A stretch of DNA of 64,000 nt from an uncultured Nitrospiraceae bacterium (GCA_963727805.1 CAVSHF010000003.1:1088001-1152000); one strand, 5' to 3'. Positions 49,827-61,201 are shown, numbered from the stretch's first letter. The notes: generated from the letters alone by a model not told the origin. Numbers and translations: made by a program.

Positions 49827-49872
49827 GGATGGTGTCGTTGAACAGATATCGCTCGAAGGACAGATACTATTC

Positions 49873-50256
49873 ATGAAATCTGATAAAGAAATCACGGTCA
49901 AGGAAAAGAAACTGCAGGAGATAAGAAAAAGGCTTCTTCTTCAGAAAGAAGAACTCCTCTCGGGCGCAGGGATTACACGAAATGCGTTGCCGGATGAAAC
50001 ACTCTTTCCTGAACTGGGAGACCAGGCATCTGCCGAGATCGACAGGAATTTTACTCTCCGTCTCAGGGACCGTGAAAGAAAACTTCTGAAAAAGATCGAA
50101 GAGGCCATTGAACAGATCGATAGTGGAACTTACGGGATATGCGAAATATGCGGACAGGATATCAGCATAAAGAGACTTGAGGCGAGACCGGTGACAACAA
50201 TGTGCATAGACTGCAAAACCGAGCAGGAAGAGGAAGAGAAGCTCAGAGAAAAATAA
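49873..50256 (+). CDS. dksA: RNA polymerase-binding protein DksA
   Basis: DQASAE, LRLRDRERKL, CxxC...CxxC zinc finger. Confidence 0.92.
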   Translation: MKSDKEITVKEKKLQEIRKRLLLQKEELLSGAGITRNALPDETLFPELGDQASAEIDRNFTLRLRDRERKLLKKIEEAIEQIDSGTYGICEICGQDISIKRLEARPVTTMCIDCKTEQEEEEKLREK

Positions 50257-50275
50257 ACCCCGCCTCTAAGACTGA

Positions 50276-51331
50276 TTAAATCGCCTGATCCGAATTGGAC
50301 TCCACCTTCCTGAATATCTTGATGACTGAGACAAACAGCGCCAATACAAGGGGTCCCATCACAAGGCCGATAAGGCCGAACAGCTGTATCCCTCCGAGAA
50401 CGCTGAAGAGTATGACGAGCACATGCATCTTGGTCCTGCTCCCGATGATGATTGGCCTTAGGAGACTGTCGATCATGCTGATGCCGAAGACCCCGATGAA
50501 GATAAGCGCAAAGGCATTAGCGATCGCACCATGGACAAACAGGTAGATTACGGCAGGTCCCCAGACGGCAAGTGACCCGATCAGAGGGATAAACGACGCT
50601 ATCGATACCGCAAATCCCCAGAGGACAGGAGAGGGGATCCCGAGAATAGAGAAAGCTATGCCGCCGACAATACCTTGTGCAATAGCGATCAGGACGCCGC
50701 CGTAAATCGTCGATATAATGATGTCCCTCATCTGGGCTGCAAGCAGGAATTTTTCCTCATCGGAGAAAGGCATATAGTCACGGATCTTCTGCAGAAAAGC
50801 CGAGCCATCTTTGAACATGAAGAAGATAGAAAAGATCATGAATATAAAATTTACCGCTAGGGCGATAAAATTACCTGCGCCGCGTGTAATCTGCGACATC
50901 AATTCCTTTCCCAAGCGGGAGAGATAATCGATAATCGCCTTGTCGAGCTCGGCCTCAGTAACTCCCATGATATCGGTTAGCCTACTCATGACAGCGCTGA
51001 GTGATGGGTGCTGAAGCGTATGCTTCAATGTCGTAAGCTGATCACTCTCAAGATAATCGGAGAGATGCTTTAGTTCCGCAACAAGAAGGACTATGAAATA
51101 CGAAAAAGGACCGACGATAACGGTTATAATAATGATCAACGTAATGAGAGACGCAAGCCACTTCCACGGTATGTGACGGAGTGTAAAGGCATAGAGGGGG
51201 TAAAATACGATAGCGAAAACAATGGCCCATGCAATGGGGGAAAGAAATGGCTTCAGTATCTGAAAGGTAAGAAACCCCAGAAGAGAAACAATAGCAAGGA
51301 GCGTTATGGAGTAGAATCTTTTGGATGTCAC
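50276..51331 (-). CDS. AI-2E family transporter
   Basis: multi-TM, FFMFKDG, IDSLLRP, GLVMGP. Confidence 0.9.
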   Translation of the reverse strand: MTSKRFYSITLLAIVSLLGFLTFQILKPFLSPIAWAIVFAIVFYPLYAFTLRHIPWKWLASLITLIIIITVIVGPFSYFIVLLVAELKHLSDYLESDQLTTLKHTLQHPSLSAVMSRLTDIMGVTEAELDKAIIDYLSRLGKELMSQITRGAGNFIALAVNFIFMIFSIFFMFKDGSAFLQKIRDYMPFSDEEKFLLAAQMRDIIISTIYGGVLIAIAQGIVGGIAFSILGIPSPVLWGFAVSIASFIPLIGSLAVWGPAVIYLFVHGAIANAFALIFIGVFGISMIDSLLRPIIIGSRTKMHVLVILFSVLGGIQLFGLIGLVMGPLVLALFVSVIKIFRKVESNSDQAI

Positions 51332-51351
51332 CCTGCTAGCCTGATTATCAA

Positions 51352-52038
51352 CTATCCTCGGCTCCTCCTTACTTCCGCTGCCTTTTGGGCAAGCGATTCA
51401 AATAGCCATAGTGAAAGGGGATCATAGAAGATTCTCTCGGGGTGCCACTGGACACCTACGCAGAAAGTATGACCTCTTTTATATATCCCTTCAATTATAC
51501 CATCTCCGGCGATAGCAAAAACGGCGAGTTCATCTCCAACCTCTTTAACCGCCTGGTGATGAGAGGAATTAACCGTATACTCATTCCTGCCATCACCCCG
51601 CAGGAGGTCGATGACTTCAATCTTATGCATGCCCTTTCGATGGTCTGATGCGTTTAGTAACTGGTATTCGATATCTTGAAAGATCGTACCGCCGTGAACG
51701 ACGTTCAGCAACTGCATGCCGTAACAAAGAGCAAGGACAGGCTTACCTCTACTCATCGTTTCCCCAAGCAGGAGCGTTTCAAAATTGATCCTTTCTCTTC
51801 TTTCCATTTTGACGTATTCCAGAGGGACAATCGTTTCTTCACGATAATAATCGGGAGGGATGTCACCGCCTCCGGTCAGTAATAGACCGTCGATGATATC
51901 CATCAAAGACGACACGTGTTGCAGTATTGGCAGGACAACGGGAAGCCCACCCGAATTTTCAATGGCAGAAATGTAGTCCGGTCTCACCCCCAGCATGTCG
52001 TCAGTAAATCCACATGTTATCCCGATCACTGGTCTCAT
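51352..52038 (-). CDS. gamma-glutamyl-GABA hydrolase family (peptidase C26)
   Basis: GLLLTGGGD, LCYGMQ, VNSSHHQA, VQWHPE. Confidence 0.9.
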   Translation of the reverse strand: MRPVIGITCGFTDDMLGVRPDYISAIENSGGLPVVLPILQHVSSLMDIIDGLLLTGGGDIPPDYYREETIVPLEYVKMERRERINFETLLLGETMSRGKPVLALCYGMQLLNVVHGGTIFQDIEYQLLNASDHRKGMHKIEVIDLLRGDGRNEYTVNSSHHQAVKEVGDELAVFAIAGDGIIEGIYKRGHTFCVGVQWHPERIFYDPLSLWLFESLAQKAAEVRRSRG

Positions 52039-53606
52039 TAAATTATCCTTCCACCGCGCGCACCCGAAAACACGCCTTCGCTGAAAGAGAGCGTCCCGTT
52101 CACGAAAACATGCTTTATGCCTTTGGACATCCTAAAAGGCTCTTTGAAGGTCGCCCCGTCAATCATTGTATCGTAATCGAATATGACGAGATCGGCATAG
52201 AACCCTTGTCTTATAAATCCTCGCCGCTCAAGCCCGAAAACGGCGGCAGGCAACGATGTAATCCTTCTGATAGCTTCGGGAAGCTTGAGTAGCCCTCTTT
52301 CTCTCACGTACCTGCCGATAAACCTCGGGAAACTCCCGAAACCTCTCGGATGCGGCTTACCGCTGAACGTTGGCCCTGAGAAAGAACGCACCGAGCTGTC
52401 GGAGCCGATCATTGTGCAGGGGAGAGAATAAAATCGCTTCAAGTTCTCTTCGCACATAGAGAAGAAAATCGCGCCGGCCCTTGCCTCCTCATCGATGATG
52501 ATATCGAGCACCGTGTCAGCAGGATGCCTGCCGGTCTTCGACGCAATATCGATGACGTTTTCGCCTTCCATCCATTTATTCTCCGGCTTTGTCACCGTAG
52601 AGATATAAATACCCTTCCAGTAATTGTCACCGCTTGCAGCAAGCCCCTCCCTAATCTTCTCCCTCGTAGCCGCGTCTTTGAGCCTTTTCAATTCCTCCTG
52701 GACGCCGCCCGTATAAACCCATGGTGGAACAACGGTATCCAAATCGGTACTCGATGCGATATACGGATACCGGTCACAGGTCACTTTCAATCCTGTTGCC
52801 TGGGCATCCTCAATTATTGCAAGGACTCTGTCTATCTTCCCCCAGTTGCGCTCCCCGGAGGTCTTAATATGTGAAATGTGGACCGGCACCCCCGACTCTT
52901 TCCCCACTTTCAATGTCTCTTCCACTGCCTCGATAAGATCGTCCCCTTCGCTCCTCATATGAGAAGCATAAACTCCACCGGGGCAATGTGAGAAAACGAT
53001 CTTTGCAAGTTCGACGATCTCTTCTGTTCTCGAATAAACGCCTGGGGGATAGATCAAGCCTGTCGAAAGCCCTCTTGCTCCTGCTGTAAGGGCCTCGGAA
53101 AGAAGTCTTTTCATTCTGGCCATTTCAGTCTCAGTGGGATTGTTGTCCCTGTATCCCATGACTGAGGCCCGTATATTACCCTGTCCGCATAACGTGGCAA
53201 AGTTCAGAGCTATGCCTTTTTTTTGCAGGATTCCGAAATACTCGCCAAAGGTAGACCACCGCTCTTTTATGCCGAGTTCCTTCTGATCCACCTCTCTTCG
53301 TTCCAACGCTTCGCCAAAAAGCGGCGCTGCTGAAAGACCGCAATTGCCGTTGATCTCTGTCGTGACCCCTTGTGAAAGCTTACCTTCAGCCCTTCCATCA
53401 GCAAGAATGGTAAATTCAGAGTGAGCATGCGTATCGATAAATCCCGGTGCAACAACAAACCCGGCCGCGTCGATGACCCTGCGAGCAGCAATTTCCTCTT
53501 TTCCGATAAAGCAAATGCTAGCGCCCTCTATGCCGACATTAAGGACTTCCGGTGCCGCGTTGCTACCGTCAATAACATTGCCTGTCTTTATCAGATAGTC
53601 GATCAA
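52038..53606 (-). CDS. N-acyl-D-amino-acid deacylase
   Basis: PGFIDTHAHS, GNCG, STGLIYPPG, HMRSE, PHPRGFGSFPR. Confidence 0.92.
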   Translation of the reverse strand: MIDYLIKTGNVIDGSNAAPEVLNVGIEGASICFIGKEEIAARRVIDAAGFVVAPGFIDTHAHSEFTILADGRAEGKLSQGVTTEINGNCGLSAAPLFGEALERREVDQKELGIKERWSTFGEYFGILQKKGIALNFATLCGQGNIRASVMGYRDNNPTETEMARMKRLLSEALTAGARGLSTGLIYPPGVYSRTEEIVELAKIVFSHCPGGVYASHMRSEGDDLIEAVEETLKVGKESGVPVHISHIKTSGERNWGKIDRVLAIIEDAQATGLKVTCDRYPYIASSTDLDTVVPPWVYTGGVQEELKRLKDAATREKIREGLAASGDNYWKGIYISTVTKPENKWMEGENVIDIASKTGRHPADTVLDIIIDEEARAGAIFFSMCEENLKRFYSLPCTMIGSDSSVRSFSGPTFSGKPHPRGFGSFPRFIGRYVRERGLLKLPEAIRRITSLPAAVFGLERRGFIRQGFYADLVIFDYDTMIDGATFKEPFRMSKGIKHVFVNGTLSFSEGVFSGARGGRII

Positions 53607-53717
53607 CCGTACCTCAGTCAGGAGCGGGAGAATGAAAGTCCTGAAGCTAGGAACTTTTTTTATGAACTTATGAACTTCCGGGCATCAGCTGTTCTGCTTA
53701 GAGCTACTTGACCGCTC

Positions 53718-55040
53718 TCATCGTGAATAGCTCACAGGTTTTGCCTGAGCCTTTGAACTCACGTTCTCCTGATCGTCGAGCGCAACATGCTGAATAGGCT
53801 GTGAGGTGAAATATTTGTGGATTCCCTCAGCGATAGAGCGTGCGAGGGACTGCCGATAGGAATCAGTTGCCAACAGTTTCTCTTCCCGGGGATTGCTGAT
53901 GAATGAAACCTCCACCAAGGATGAAGGCATCTTCGCACCGAAAAGCACATAAAAGAGCGCCTGTTTTACGCCCAGATCGTTCACGTCGTGATATTTTTTC
54001 CCCAATGATGACACGACAGATTGCTGGATATACCCCGCTACATTGACCGACTCATTCCTTTTATTCTCCCTTTCGAGTGATGCCAGTATCACACCGAGTT
54101 CACCCTTCATCTGCTTCATCTTCTTAAGCGAAATCGCGTTTTCGCGCGCCGCAACCTTCATTGCCTCGACGTCGTTGGTCCAATTGAGGAGATATGTTTC
54201 AATGCCCTTCGCCTTGCGGTTCGAGCTTGCATTTGCGTGGATGGAGACGAAGAGGTCGGCATTATGCCTGTTAGCAATTTCGGCCCTCTCGGGAAGAGGG
54301 ATAAAGACATCCTTCTCACGGGTAAGGACTATTTCATAAGAAGGATAGTCTTCCCTCATGATCTCCCTTACCCTGATTGCAATATCGAGTACAACGTTCT
54401 TTTCACACAGCCCCGATAGTCCCACGGCTCCGGGATCATGTCCGCCATGGCCGGCGTCTATAACGACTGTCCGTTTGATGAACTTGCTCATCCGGTTTGA
54501 ATCAGGCAGATTTGCATCGGGGCGCCTGGAAGTGTTCATGGGCTTCTCATCAGGCATCAGAACATCGGTATCCATTTCCGATCTCAGGTCGTCTTTTCCC
54601 CTGCTTTCGGCCCCATTGATATAAATATCTACAACGAGACGCGAAGGGTCTTCGAGGTTCATAACCTTGAAATTATATGTCGGCTTCTTCAGATCGAAGA
54701 CTATCCTTGTTATATCGGCGCTATACTGACCGATCCTCACGGACTTCACAAATTCATAGTTGATCTCAAAGCTCTTACGGAGGCCCTTTGTCAACTTCGT
54801 ATTTTTAAGATCGAAGAAAAGCCTTTCGGGATTTGAGAGCTTGCTGTTAGTAAATTCAACCGGCTTCGAGAGAGCGAAAACAAACCTCACGAAATCCTTG
54901 TTTTCCCAGTGGCGCACATCCGTTATTTGAGCCAAGTCCTCCGCATGGCTGACTAGCGGGATAATAAGAAGAAATAAAAGCAGTGGGATGCCATAAAATA
55001 AAGCAGAAGCACCAGCCTTATTGCGCTGCAAATTCGTCAT
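53718..55040 (-). CDS. N-acetylmuramoyl-L-alanine amidase with AMIN domain (AmiC-like)
   Basis: IDAGHGGHDPGA, FVSIHAN, LVEVSFISN. Confidence 0.92.
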   Translation of the reverse strand: MTNLQRNKAGASALFYGIPLLLFLLIIPLVSHAEDLAQITDVRHWENKDFVRFVFALSKPVEFTNSKLSNPERLFFDLKNTKLTKGLRKSFEINYEFVKSVRIGQYSADITRIVFDLKKPTYNFKVMNLEDPSRLVVDIYINGAESRGKDDLRSEMDTDVLMPDEKPMNTSRRPDANLPDSNRMSKFIKRTVVIDAGHGGHDPGAVGLSGLCEKNVVLDIAIRVREIMREDYPSYEIVLTREKDVFIPLPERAEIANRHNADLFVSIHANASSNRKAKGIETYLLNWTNDVEAMKVAARENAISLKKMKQMKGELGVILASLERENKRNESVNVAGYIQQSVVSSLGKKYHDVNDLGVKQALFYVLFGAKMPSSLVEVSFISNPREEKLLATDSYRQSLARSIAEGIHKYFTSQPIQHVALDDQENVSSKAQAKPVSYSR

Positions 55041-55261
55041 CTCGCTTCGACAGATTTAATTTGAGGAATCTCTTTCCTTAACGTTGTTTCGACCCAGTTC
55101 TTCAGTGTGAGCGTTGACATCGGACAGGTACCGCACGCCCCTTTGAGCCTGACATAAACCACGTCATCCTTTATTTCAACGAGGTCTATATCCCCTCCCT
55201 CGGACTTCAATCCAACTCTGATCTTGTTCAAGACCTCTTCAACTTTTTCCTTCGTTATCAT
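55037..55261 (-). CDS. NifU/Nfu domain protein
   Basis: GGDIDLV, GACGTCPMS. Confidence 0.9.
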   Translation of the reverse strand: MITKEKVEEVLNKIRVGLKSEGGDIDLVEIKDDVVYVRLKGACGTCPMSTLTLKNWVETTLRKEIPQIKSVEAR

Positions 55262-55434
55262 TAGTCCCTCCATATTGATCTCACTTGTGTAGGAGCTTAT
55301 CGCCCTTCTGCTATAGTATCCCTTATGAAATCATATCGCATAAGTAATAATTTATCAAGGGGTTAGGTGTTTTATTGAAACCATTTTGCATGGTATTTCT
55401 TTTTTAAGGTCACATTTATCCTATAATAATAGTA

Positions 55435-56349
55435 ATGAACAAAGTCGGCTTTTTCTACGATGATGTTTTTTTGAAACACGAACCTACTGGATTTCATACT
55501 GAAAATAGAGAACGGCTCGTCGCCATTGTCGAGGTCCTTCAGAATTCTGCGGTCTGGAGCAACCTGATCCACATCAGCCCACGCGAGGCTTCTTTCAAAG
55601 ACATCTCTCTTATTCACACCGAGAAATATATAGATAAGGTCAAGAGTCTCGAGTCCGGGTATCTCGATGCGGATACCTATGTATCCAAGGGAAGTCTCGA
55701 AGCGGCTCGATATGCCGTGGGGGCGGTAATTGAGGCTGTAGAACGATGCATGAAGGGTGAGATCAAGCGGGCTTTTTGCGCCGTTCGCCCTCCCGGGCAC
55801 CATGCCGAGTCCTCTGCCGCAATGGGATTTTGCATCTTCAACAATATCGCCATCGGTGCGCGTTACGCTCAAAAAATAGGGTATAAGAAAGTTTTTATAA
55901 TCGATTTCGACGTTCACCACGGAAACGGTACGCAGCATGCCTTCGAGGAGGATGATACAGTCTACTTTTTTAGCACCCATCAGTATCCGCACTACCCAGG
56001 CACCGGCAGGGATGCGGAGCGGGGAAAGGGACGGGGAGAAGGGTTTACTTATAATGTGCCGATGAAATCGGGATCAGGAGACAGTGAATACCTCGATGTC
56101 TATCAGAAAACCCTGCCGCCGTTGATGAAAACTTTCGCTCCGGATCTCGTCCTCGTCTCGGCGGGGTATGACATTCTCTCGGATGATCCCCTTTCAAGTA
56201 TACACGTCTCTCATGAAGGGATTAGGCTAATCATGAGGGCAATCCTGCAAACAGCATCAGTGCCGGTCGTTATTTCGCTTGAAGGCGGATATCATTTACG
56301 CGCGCTCAGCGAGGCAGTCAGGATCACCCTTGAAGAGATGCTGAAGTAA
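55435..56349 (+). CDS. histone deacetylase family protein
   Basis: RPPGHHA, GFCIFNN, DFDVHHGNGT, LEGGY. Confidence 0.93.
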   Translation: MNKVGFFYDDVFLKHEPTGFHTENRERLVAIVEVLQNSAVWSNLIHISPREASFKDISLIHTEKYIDKVKSLESGYLDADTYVSKGSLEAARYAVGAVIEAVERCMKGEIKRAFCAVRPPGHHAESSAAMGFCIFNNIAIGARYAQKIGYKKVFIIDFDVHHGNGTQHAFEEDDTVYFFSTHQYPHYPGTGRDAERGKGRGEGFTYNVPMKSGSGDSEYLDVYQKTLPPLMKTFAPDLVLVSAGYDILSDDPLSSIHVSHEGIRLIMRAILQTASVPVVISLEGGYHLRALSEAVRITLEEMLK

Positions 56350-57540
56350 TAACGCCACCGTCCTGAAATATTCTTTCCTGCATTTAATTTCTATCTCGGC
56401 GAGCATATCAAAAGGGACCTGAAAAGTGCCGTGCCCTGCAGTAAACACGCCATGTCCATACACGATAGCCCCCCCCGAGTGCTTCATAGCAAGAGGCACC
56501 GTGTTCATCAGTCCCGTCGGCCCGGTCCCGATCTCTCCAGAAACAATAGGCGTCTGAAGGATGTTCCGCTTTTCCCGGCATGCTTTGTGACAAAGACTAC
56601 GGTCGCACCCTTCCTTTTTACAATACATCGACATAATCACTGAGAATGTCGGATGCCCGTGCAGGATCGCATTGCAGCCGGTTCCGAAATAAATATTCTT
56701 ATGGGCAGAAAGTTCGGAGGATGCCGTGATGCCGACCGATGAAGACCCATCGAGAGGGACTATGTCTATACAATCATTAAGTTCATCAAGTGAGCTTCCG
56801 GTCTGACTTATGAAAATATGGCTTTCATAAACATAACAAATATTCCCGAAATAAGAATCGACAAGATGACTTTCAACGACTGCCTTGCCCGCCTCAGAAA
56901 GCATCGCGATGACTTCGTCAGCGGTCACCGGTGCCTTCGCACGCAGTGCTCTCCGGTATTTCGGAGATGGGGTAGACCTGACCATTTCAGCAATAGCAAC
57001 AAATGCTTTTAGATACTCCTCTTTCACCGGAACGTCCGTTTGCACGCAGCTGTCAAAATGGACGAGTGAATCATAGAAATATTTCACAAAGGACGAAAAG
57101 CAAACGGAACTGAATGAAACAAATGCCTGCTCAGGAGAGACGACGCCATAGGCAATAATTCCACGCCCCCTTATGATCGCTGATTTCCTGTGAGAAAGCG
57201 CATCGGCTATAGCGTGCGGAGAGAATTCATCGACCACCGGGATGTCATGAAAAAAAGTCCTTGTCTCGCAATCCATGGGAACAATCTTTTTCAGCTCGCG
57301 GCAATTCCTGTCATATGCGGTGATCTCTCGGATAATTCTCCTGTAAGGTTCAGCAGGCTCCGCAAAAAGAAGACTACCGATATTCATGAGCTCGCATACC
57401 TGTTTCAATACCAGGACATCTCCGCTCAGAGGCTTATTAGAAAACAAGTCTGCATCGAGCGCTAAGAATATAGCATCATCCTTTTTGGCAAGTCCCTGCG
57501 ACTCAAGTTTGTCGAGATATTTATTGACCAATCGCCGCAT
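56296..57540 (-). CDS. class II aldolase/adducin family protein
   Basis: FGNI, ASSELSAH, ILHGHP, VYGHGVF; long N-terminal region. Confidence 0.8.
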   Translation of the reverse strand: MRRLVNKYLDKLESQGLAKKDDAIFLALDADLFSNKPLSGDVLVLKQVCELMNIGSLLFAEPAEPYRRIIREITAYDRNCRELKKIVPMDCETRTFFHDIPVVDEFSPHAIADALSHRKSAIIRGRGIIAYGVVSPEQAFVSFSSVCFSSFVKYFYDSLVHFDSCVQTDVPVKEEYLKAFVAIAEMVRSTPSPKYRRALRAKAPVTADEVIAMLSEAGKAVVESHLVDSYFGNICYVYESHIFISQTGSSLDELNDCIDIVPLDGSSSVGITASSELSAHKNIYFGTGCNAILHGHPTFSVIMSMYCKKEGCDRSLCHKACREKRNILQTPIVSGEIGTGPTGLMNTVPLAMKHSGGAIVYGHGVFTAGHGTFQVPFDMLAEIEIKCRKEYFRTVALLLQHLFKGDPDCLAERA

Positions 57541-57587
57541 ATTTTATTAAATGACTAATCTCTTTTGCTTCCATGCATATGCCTCTC

Positions 57588-59285
57588 TCATTGATAACCT
57601 CGTATCTTATAATAGTTGGCTCTTGCTTTAAGAAACTCCTCCCGCTCAATCGGGGCTATCCTGACCGCTGCGCTCGATGAGCCTTCTTCACTGAAGAACC
57701 TCTCGGGCAGGTCATCATCTTCAGTGGTGAACCCATTCATCCTGTTCATCTTGCGTTCGAGGTCCCATATCCTCTGCCCGATTTTGAGGAGCGACTGTAC
57801 ATTATAATCCTTGCCTGTCACTGCGTTGATCGCTCTTGCATATTCCTCAAGTCCCGCAGCGAAAAAGACGAACTTGCACGCTGTAAGCGAGTCGACGACA
57901 GCATTCAGGTCCTCGGCGATCTTGATCATCCGCGCCTTTCCTTCAAAGGAAAATCTGTCGGTGGCAACAGGCTTCCTGAGTATCTCATGACTCACGGGGT
58001 AGGCCCTCAAGTGGCAGCCACCCCTGTTTGATGTTGCATAGGCGAGCGCCATGCCATAAGCGCCTCTGGGGTCATATGCCGGCAGTTCCAGTTTTTTGAC
58101 GGACATGCTCATTTCAGGACATCCTTTTGACAACCCATAGCGGTATGATCCCTCTGCAAGAGCCGATCCGGTTTCATTATGCCTCTCTGCGATATCCTCC
58201 AAGAGTATCAGCATTTCAGATGGGGTAACTCTGATGTTATTTATCTCGCAAAAGCATGCGATGGACGATGCCGCCGATATGGTATCAAGTCCGTAATCAT
58301 TGCATATCCTGTTTGCCTCGACGATGCCCTCAAGATTGGCGCAACTGTTCAATGCGCCAAAATGAGAAACAGTTTCGAACTCCGGCATGACCTCGCCGCC
58401 AGAGCCGATCTTTTTGCAGAGGACCGGGCAACCGGCGCAGCCAGCCTTTTTTGATTGATAGCGCGTCTTCATCGCATACCCCGAATAGCGCGAAGCTTCC
58501 GGGAATAGAGTCTTCCTGAAATTATTGGTAGGCTCCATCCGTCGCGCATGTATGAGATCGACTAGAGCAGCCGTGCCGAATTCCGACAGTCCGAACTCCC
58601 CGAAAACCGCTGGCGATGCCCGCAGTAGTCTCATGATATCCTCGCGGGATTTCATCAGAGCATCAGCATCGACAACAGGAATTGCCCTTTCGCCCTTCAC
58701 CTTAATGGCCTTCAGCTTCTTTGCCCCCATAACAGCACCAAGGCCGCCCCTTCCAGCCGCGTAATGGCCATCAATAACAATCGAGGCATAACGAACCTGC
58801 TTTTCTCCTGACCTACCTATCGAGGCAAAAGAGCCCTCTTTTCCCATAATGATGCCCAACTCGGAGACGTTCTTGCCGGCCAGGCCATCCGCGTCCATTA
58901 TCGATATTCGGTCATTATCGATATCGAGAACAACCCACCTGTCTGAAATCCCGGTAATCTCGATAAGATCGAATCCCGCCCGTTTCAATTCAGTGCCAAA
59001 GCGTCCACCGACAGAACAATCGAATACGGTCCCCGTCAACGGAGACTTGGAGACGACGGCCATCCGTCCTGATGTGGGAGCAGCCGTTCCTACGAGAGGA
59101 CCGGTTGAGAATATAAGCGGCATTTCTGAGGAATCATATTCATGGGAGATCCTGTCACCGAGGAGCGCTACGCCTACCCCCCTGCCCCCAAGATAGTCGG
59201 CGCATAATTCTTCAGAGGTATCGAACATATCGATTTTCCTCGAAATAAGATCGACCCTAATACTCTTGAGTGTGTACCCGGACAT
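57588..59285 (-). CDS. aldehyde:ferredoxin oxidoreductase family protein
   Basis: SKSPLTG, GRGGLGAVMGAKKLKA, CxxCxxxC, PEFET, PAYDPR. Confidence 0.92.
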   Translation of the reverse strand: MSGYTLKSIRVDLISRKIDMFDTSEELCADYLGGRGVGVALLGDRISHEYDSSEMPLIFSTGPLVGTAAPTSGRMAVVSKSPLTGTVFDCSVGGRFGTELKRAGFDLIEITGISDRWVVLDIDNDRISIMDADGLAGKNVSELGIIMGKEGSFASIGRSGEKQVRYASIVIDGHYAAGRGGLGAVMGAKKLKAIKVKGERAIPVVDADALMKSREDIMRLLRASPAVFGEFGLSEFGTAALVDLIHARRMEPTNNFRKTLFPEASRYSGYAMKTRYQSKKAGCAGCPVLCKKIGSGGEVMPEFETVSHFGALNSCANLEGIVEANRICNDYGLDTISAASSIACFCEINNIRVTPSEMLILLEDIAERHNETGSALAEGSYRYGLSKGCPEMSMSVKKLELPAYDPRGAYGMALAYATSNRGGCHLRAYPVSHEILRKPVATDRFSFEGKARMIKIAEDLNAVVDSLTACKFVFFAAGLEEYARAINAVTGKDYNVQSLLKIGQRIWDLERKMNRMNGFTTEDDDLPERFFSEEGSSSAAVRIAPIEREEFLKARANYYKIRGYQ

Positions 59286-59464
59286 AACTTATTGTAACAT
59301 TAGAAAGCCTGAGCATAATTGATTCACTGTTGCTCGGCATCCAGGCGACGAACTGCCCCTACAAAATAACCCCTATTGAAATTACCGTATTGTATGATAA
59401 ACTTTCATCAGTGACAGTTATTTAATTCATGTCATCTTTTACTAAATAGTATTGGAGGTGCCGT

Positions 59465-61201
59465 ATGGACAAGATATTGAGAATTGACATGGGAGCCGAC
59501 GGAGGCCCTAAATTCACCGAAACACCCTTAGGAGAGTATACCGGGTTTGGTGGACGTGCCATGACGACGGCTGTTGTATCGAAAGAAGTCCCGCCGCTTT
59601 GCCACCCTCTAAGCTCCGAAAACAAGCTAGTCATTGCGCCGGGAATGTTGAGCGGCACAATCGCCGCAATGTCAGGCAGAATCTCGATAGGCTGTAAGAG
59701 CCCTCTTACCGGCGGCATCAAGGAGTCAAATTCTGGTGGCCAGGCTGCTCAGGTGCTCGCACGGCTCGGTTACGCCGCGATCATCCTTGAGGGCAAACCT
59801 AAAACAGAAGATCTCTACAAAATTTTGATCAACAAAGACGGCGTAAAAATTGCTGCCGATAACGCACTGAGGATACTGCCAAATTACGACCTCGTCGAAA
59901 AAATGAAGGCCGAATTCGGAGACAAGATCTCCTGTATCTCGATCGGTCCTGCCGGCGAAATGAAGATGAATATTGCTTCGATCGCTTGCACCGATATGGA
60001 ACTGCGCCCGACGCGCCATGCAGGCCGCGGCGGTGTCGGTGCGGTCATGGGATCAAAAGGGGTCAAAGTAATCGTGCTCGATGACACGGGGATATCTATG
60101 CGTTCGCCGAAAGACGCACAGAAGTTCAAAGATGCAAACAAGCGCTTTGTCGATGGCCTCACGAAACATCCGGTCACGGGTCAGGCACTTCCTGCATACG
60201 GAACAAACGTATTGACTAATATTCTCAGCGAGGCTGGTGGATATCCGACGTATAATTTCAAACAGGGCAGCTTCGCGGGCGCTTCAAAGATAAGCGGTGA
60301 AACCCAAGCAGAACTCGAAAAAAAGCGTGGCGGTGTCCCGACACACGGTTGTCACCGCGGCTGCGTCATTCGCTGCTCCGGTATTTACAATGATAAAGAC
60401 GGTCACTATCTTACCAAACAGCCTGAATACGAAACGGTCTGGGCACACGGCGGTAACTGCGGCATTGATGATCTCGACTCCATCGCTATGCTCGACTTCC
60501 TCGATGACAATTATGGAGTAGACACAATAGAGATGGGCACCACTATTGCGGTTGCCATGGACGCAGGTATTGCAAAATTCGGCGATGCCGGTGCGGCAAT
60601 TAACCTCGTAAAAGAGGTGGGGAAAGGTTCGTATCTCGGCCGCATCCTCGGTGGCGGCGCAGCTGTCACCGGAAAGGTTTTTGGCGTAGAGCGTGTCCCC
60701 GTAGTCAAGGGCCAAGCCATGCCTGCCTACGATCCCCGGGCGGTGAAAGGCATCGGCGTCACTTATGCCACCTCTCCCATGGGCGCAGACCATACTGCAG
60801 GATATGCCGTTGCAACCAATATCCTCAAGGTCGGTGGATTTGTCGATCCTCTGGTTGCTGAGGGCCAGATCGAGCTCTCGCGCAACCTTCAGATCGCTAC
60901 CGCTGCGATAGATTCTACGGGCATGTGCATTTTTATCGCCTTTGCAATCCTCGATCAGCCCGAGACTTTTCAGGCACTTCTGGATCTGCTCAATGCTTTC
61001 TACGGTCTGGAACTTACGGGTGACGGTGTGGTAGCCCTGGGCAAAAAGGTGCTCTCGATGGAGCGCGATTTCAATGAGAGAGCCGGTTTTACCTCCAAGC
61101 AGGACCGTCTGCCCCGCTATTTCTCAACCGAATCTTTGTCGCCCCACAACGTAACGTTCGACGTCAAGGATGAGGATTTGGACAAGGTTTTCAACTGGTA
61201 A
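59465..61201 (+). CDS. aor: aldehyde:ferredoxin oxidoreductase
   Basis: KSPLTGGIKESN, GRGGVGAVMGSKG, CHRGCVIRC, PEYET, PAYDPR. Confidence 0.92.
   Translation: MDKILRIDMGADGGPKFTETPLGEYTGFGGRAMTTAVVSKEVPPLCHPLSSENKLVIAPGMLSGTIAAMSGRISIGCKSPLTGGIKESNSGGQAAQVLARLGYAAIILEGKPKTEDLYKILINKDGVKIAADNALRILPNYDLVEKMKAEFGDKISCISIGPAGEMKMNIASIACTDMELRPTRHAGRGGVGAVMGSKGVKVIVLDDTGISMRSPKDAQKFKDANKRFVDGLTKHPVTGQALPAYGTNVLTNILSEAGGYPTYNFKQGSFAGASKISGETQAELEKKRGGVPTHGCHRGCVIRCSGIYNDKDGHYLTKQPEYETVWAHGGNCGIDDLDSIAMLDFLDDNYGVDTIEMGTTIAVAMDAGIAKFGDAGAAINLVKEVGKGSYLGRILGGGAAVTGKVFGVERVPVVKGQAMPAYDPRAVKGIGVTYATSPMGADHTAGYAVATNILKVGGFVDPLVAEGQIELSRNLQIATAAIDSTGMCIFIAFAILDQPETFQALLDLLNAFYGLELTGDGVVALGKKVLSMERDFNERAGFTSKQDRLPRYFSTESLSPHNVTFDVKDEDLDKVFNW

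Noticed and set aside
59290..59460. Moco/Tuco riboswitch between the AOR genes
   Set aside because: A single hairpin only; the conserved multi-stem motif is not recognisable.
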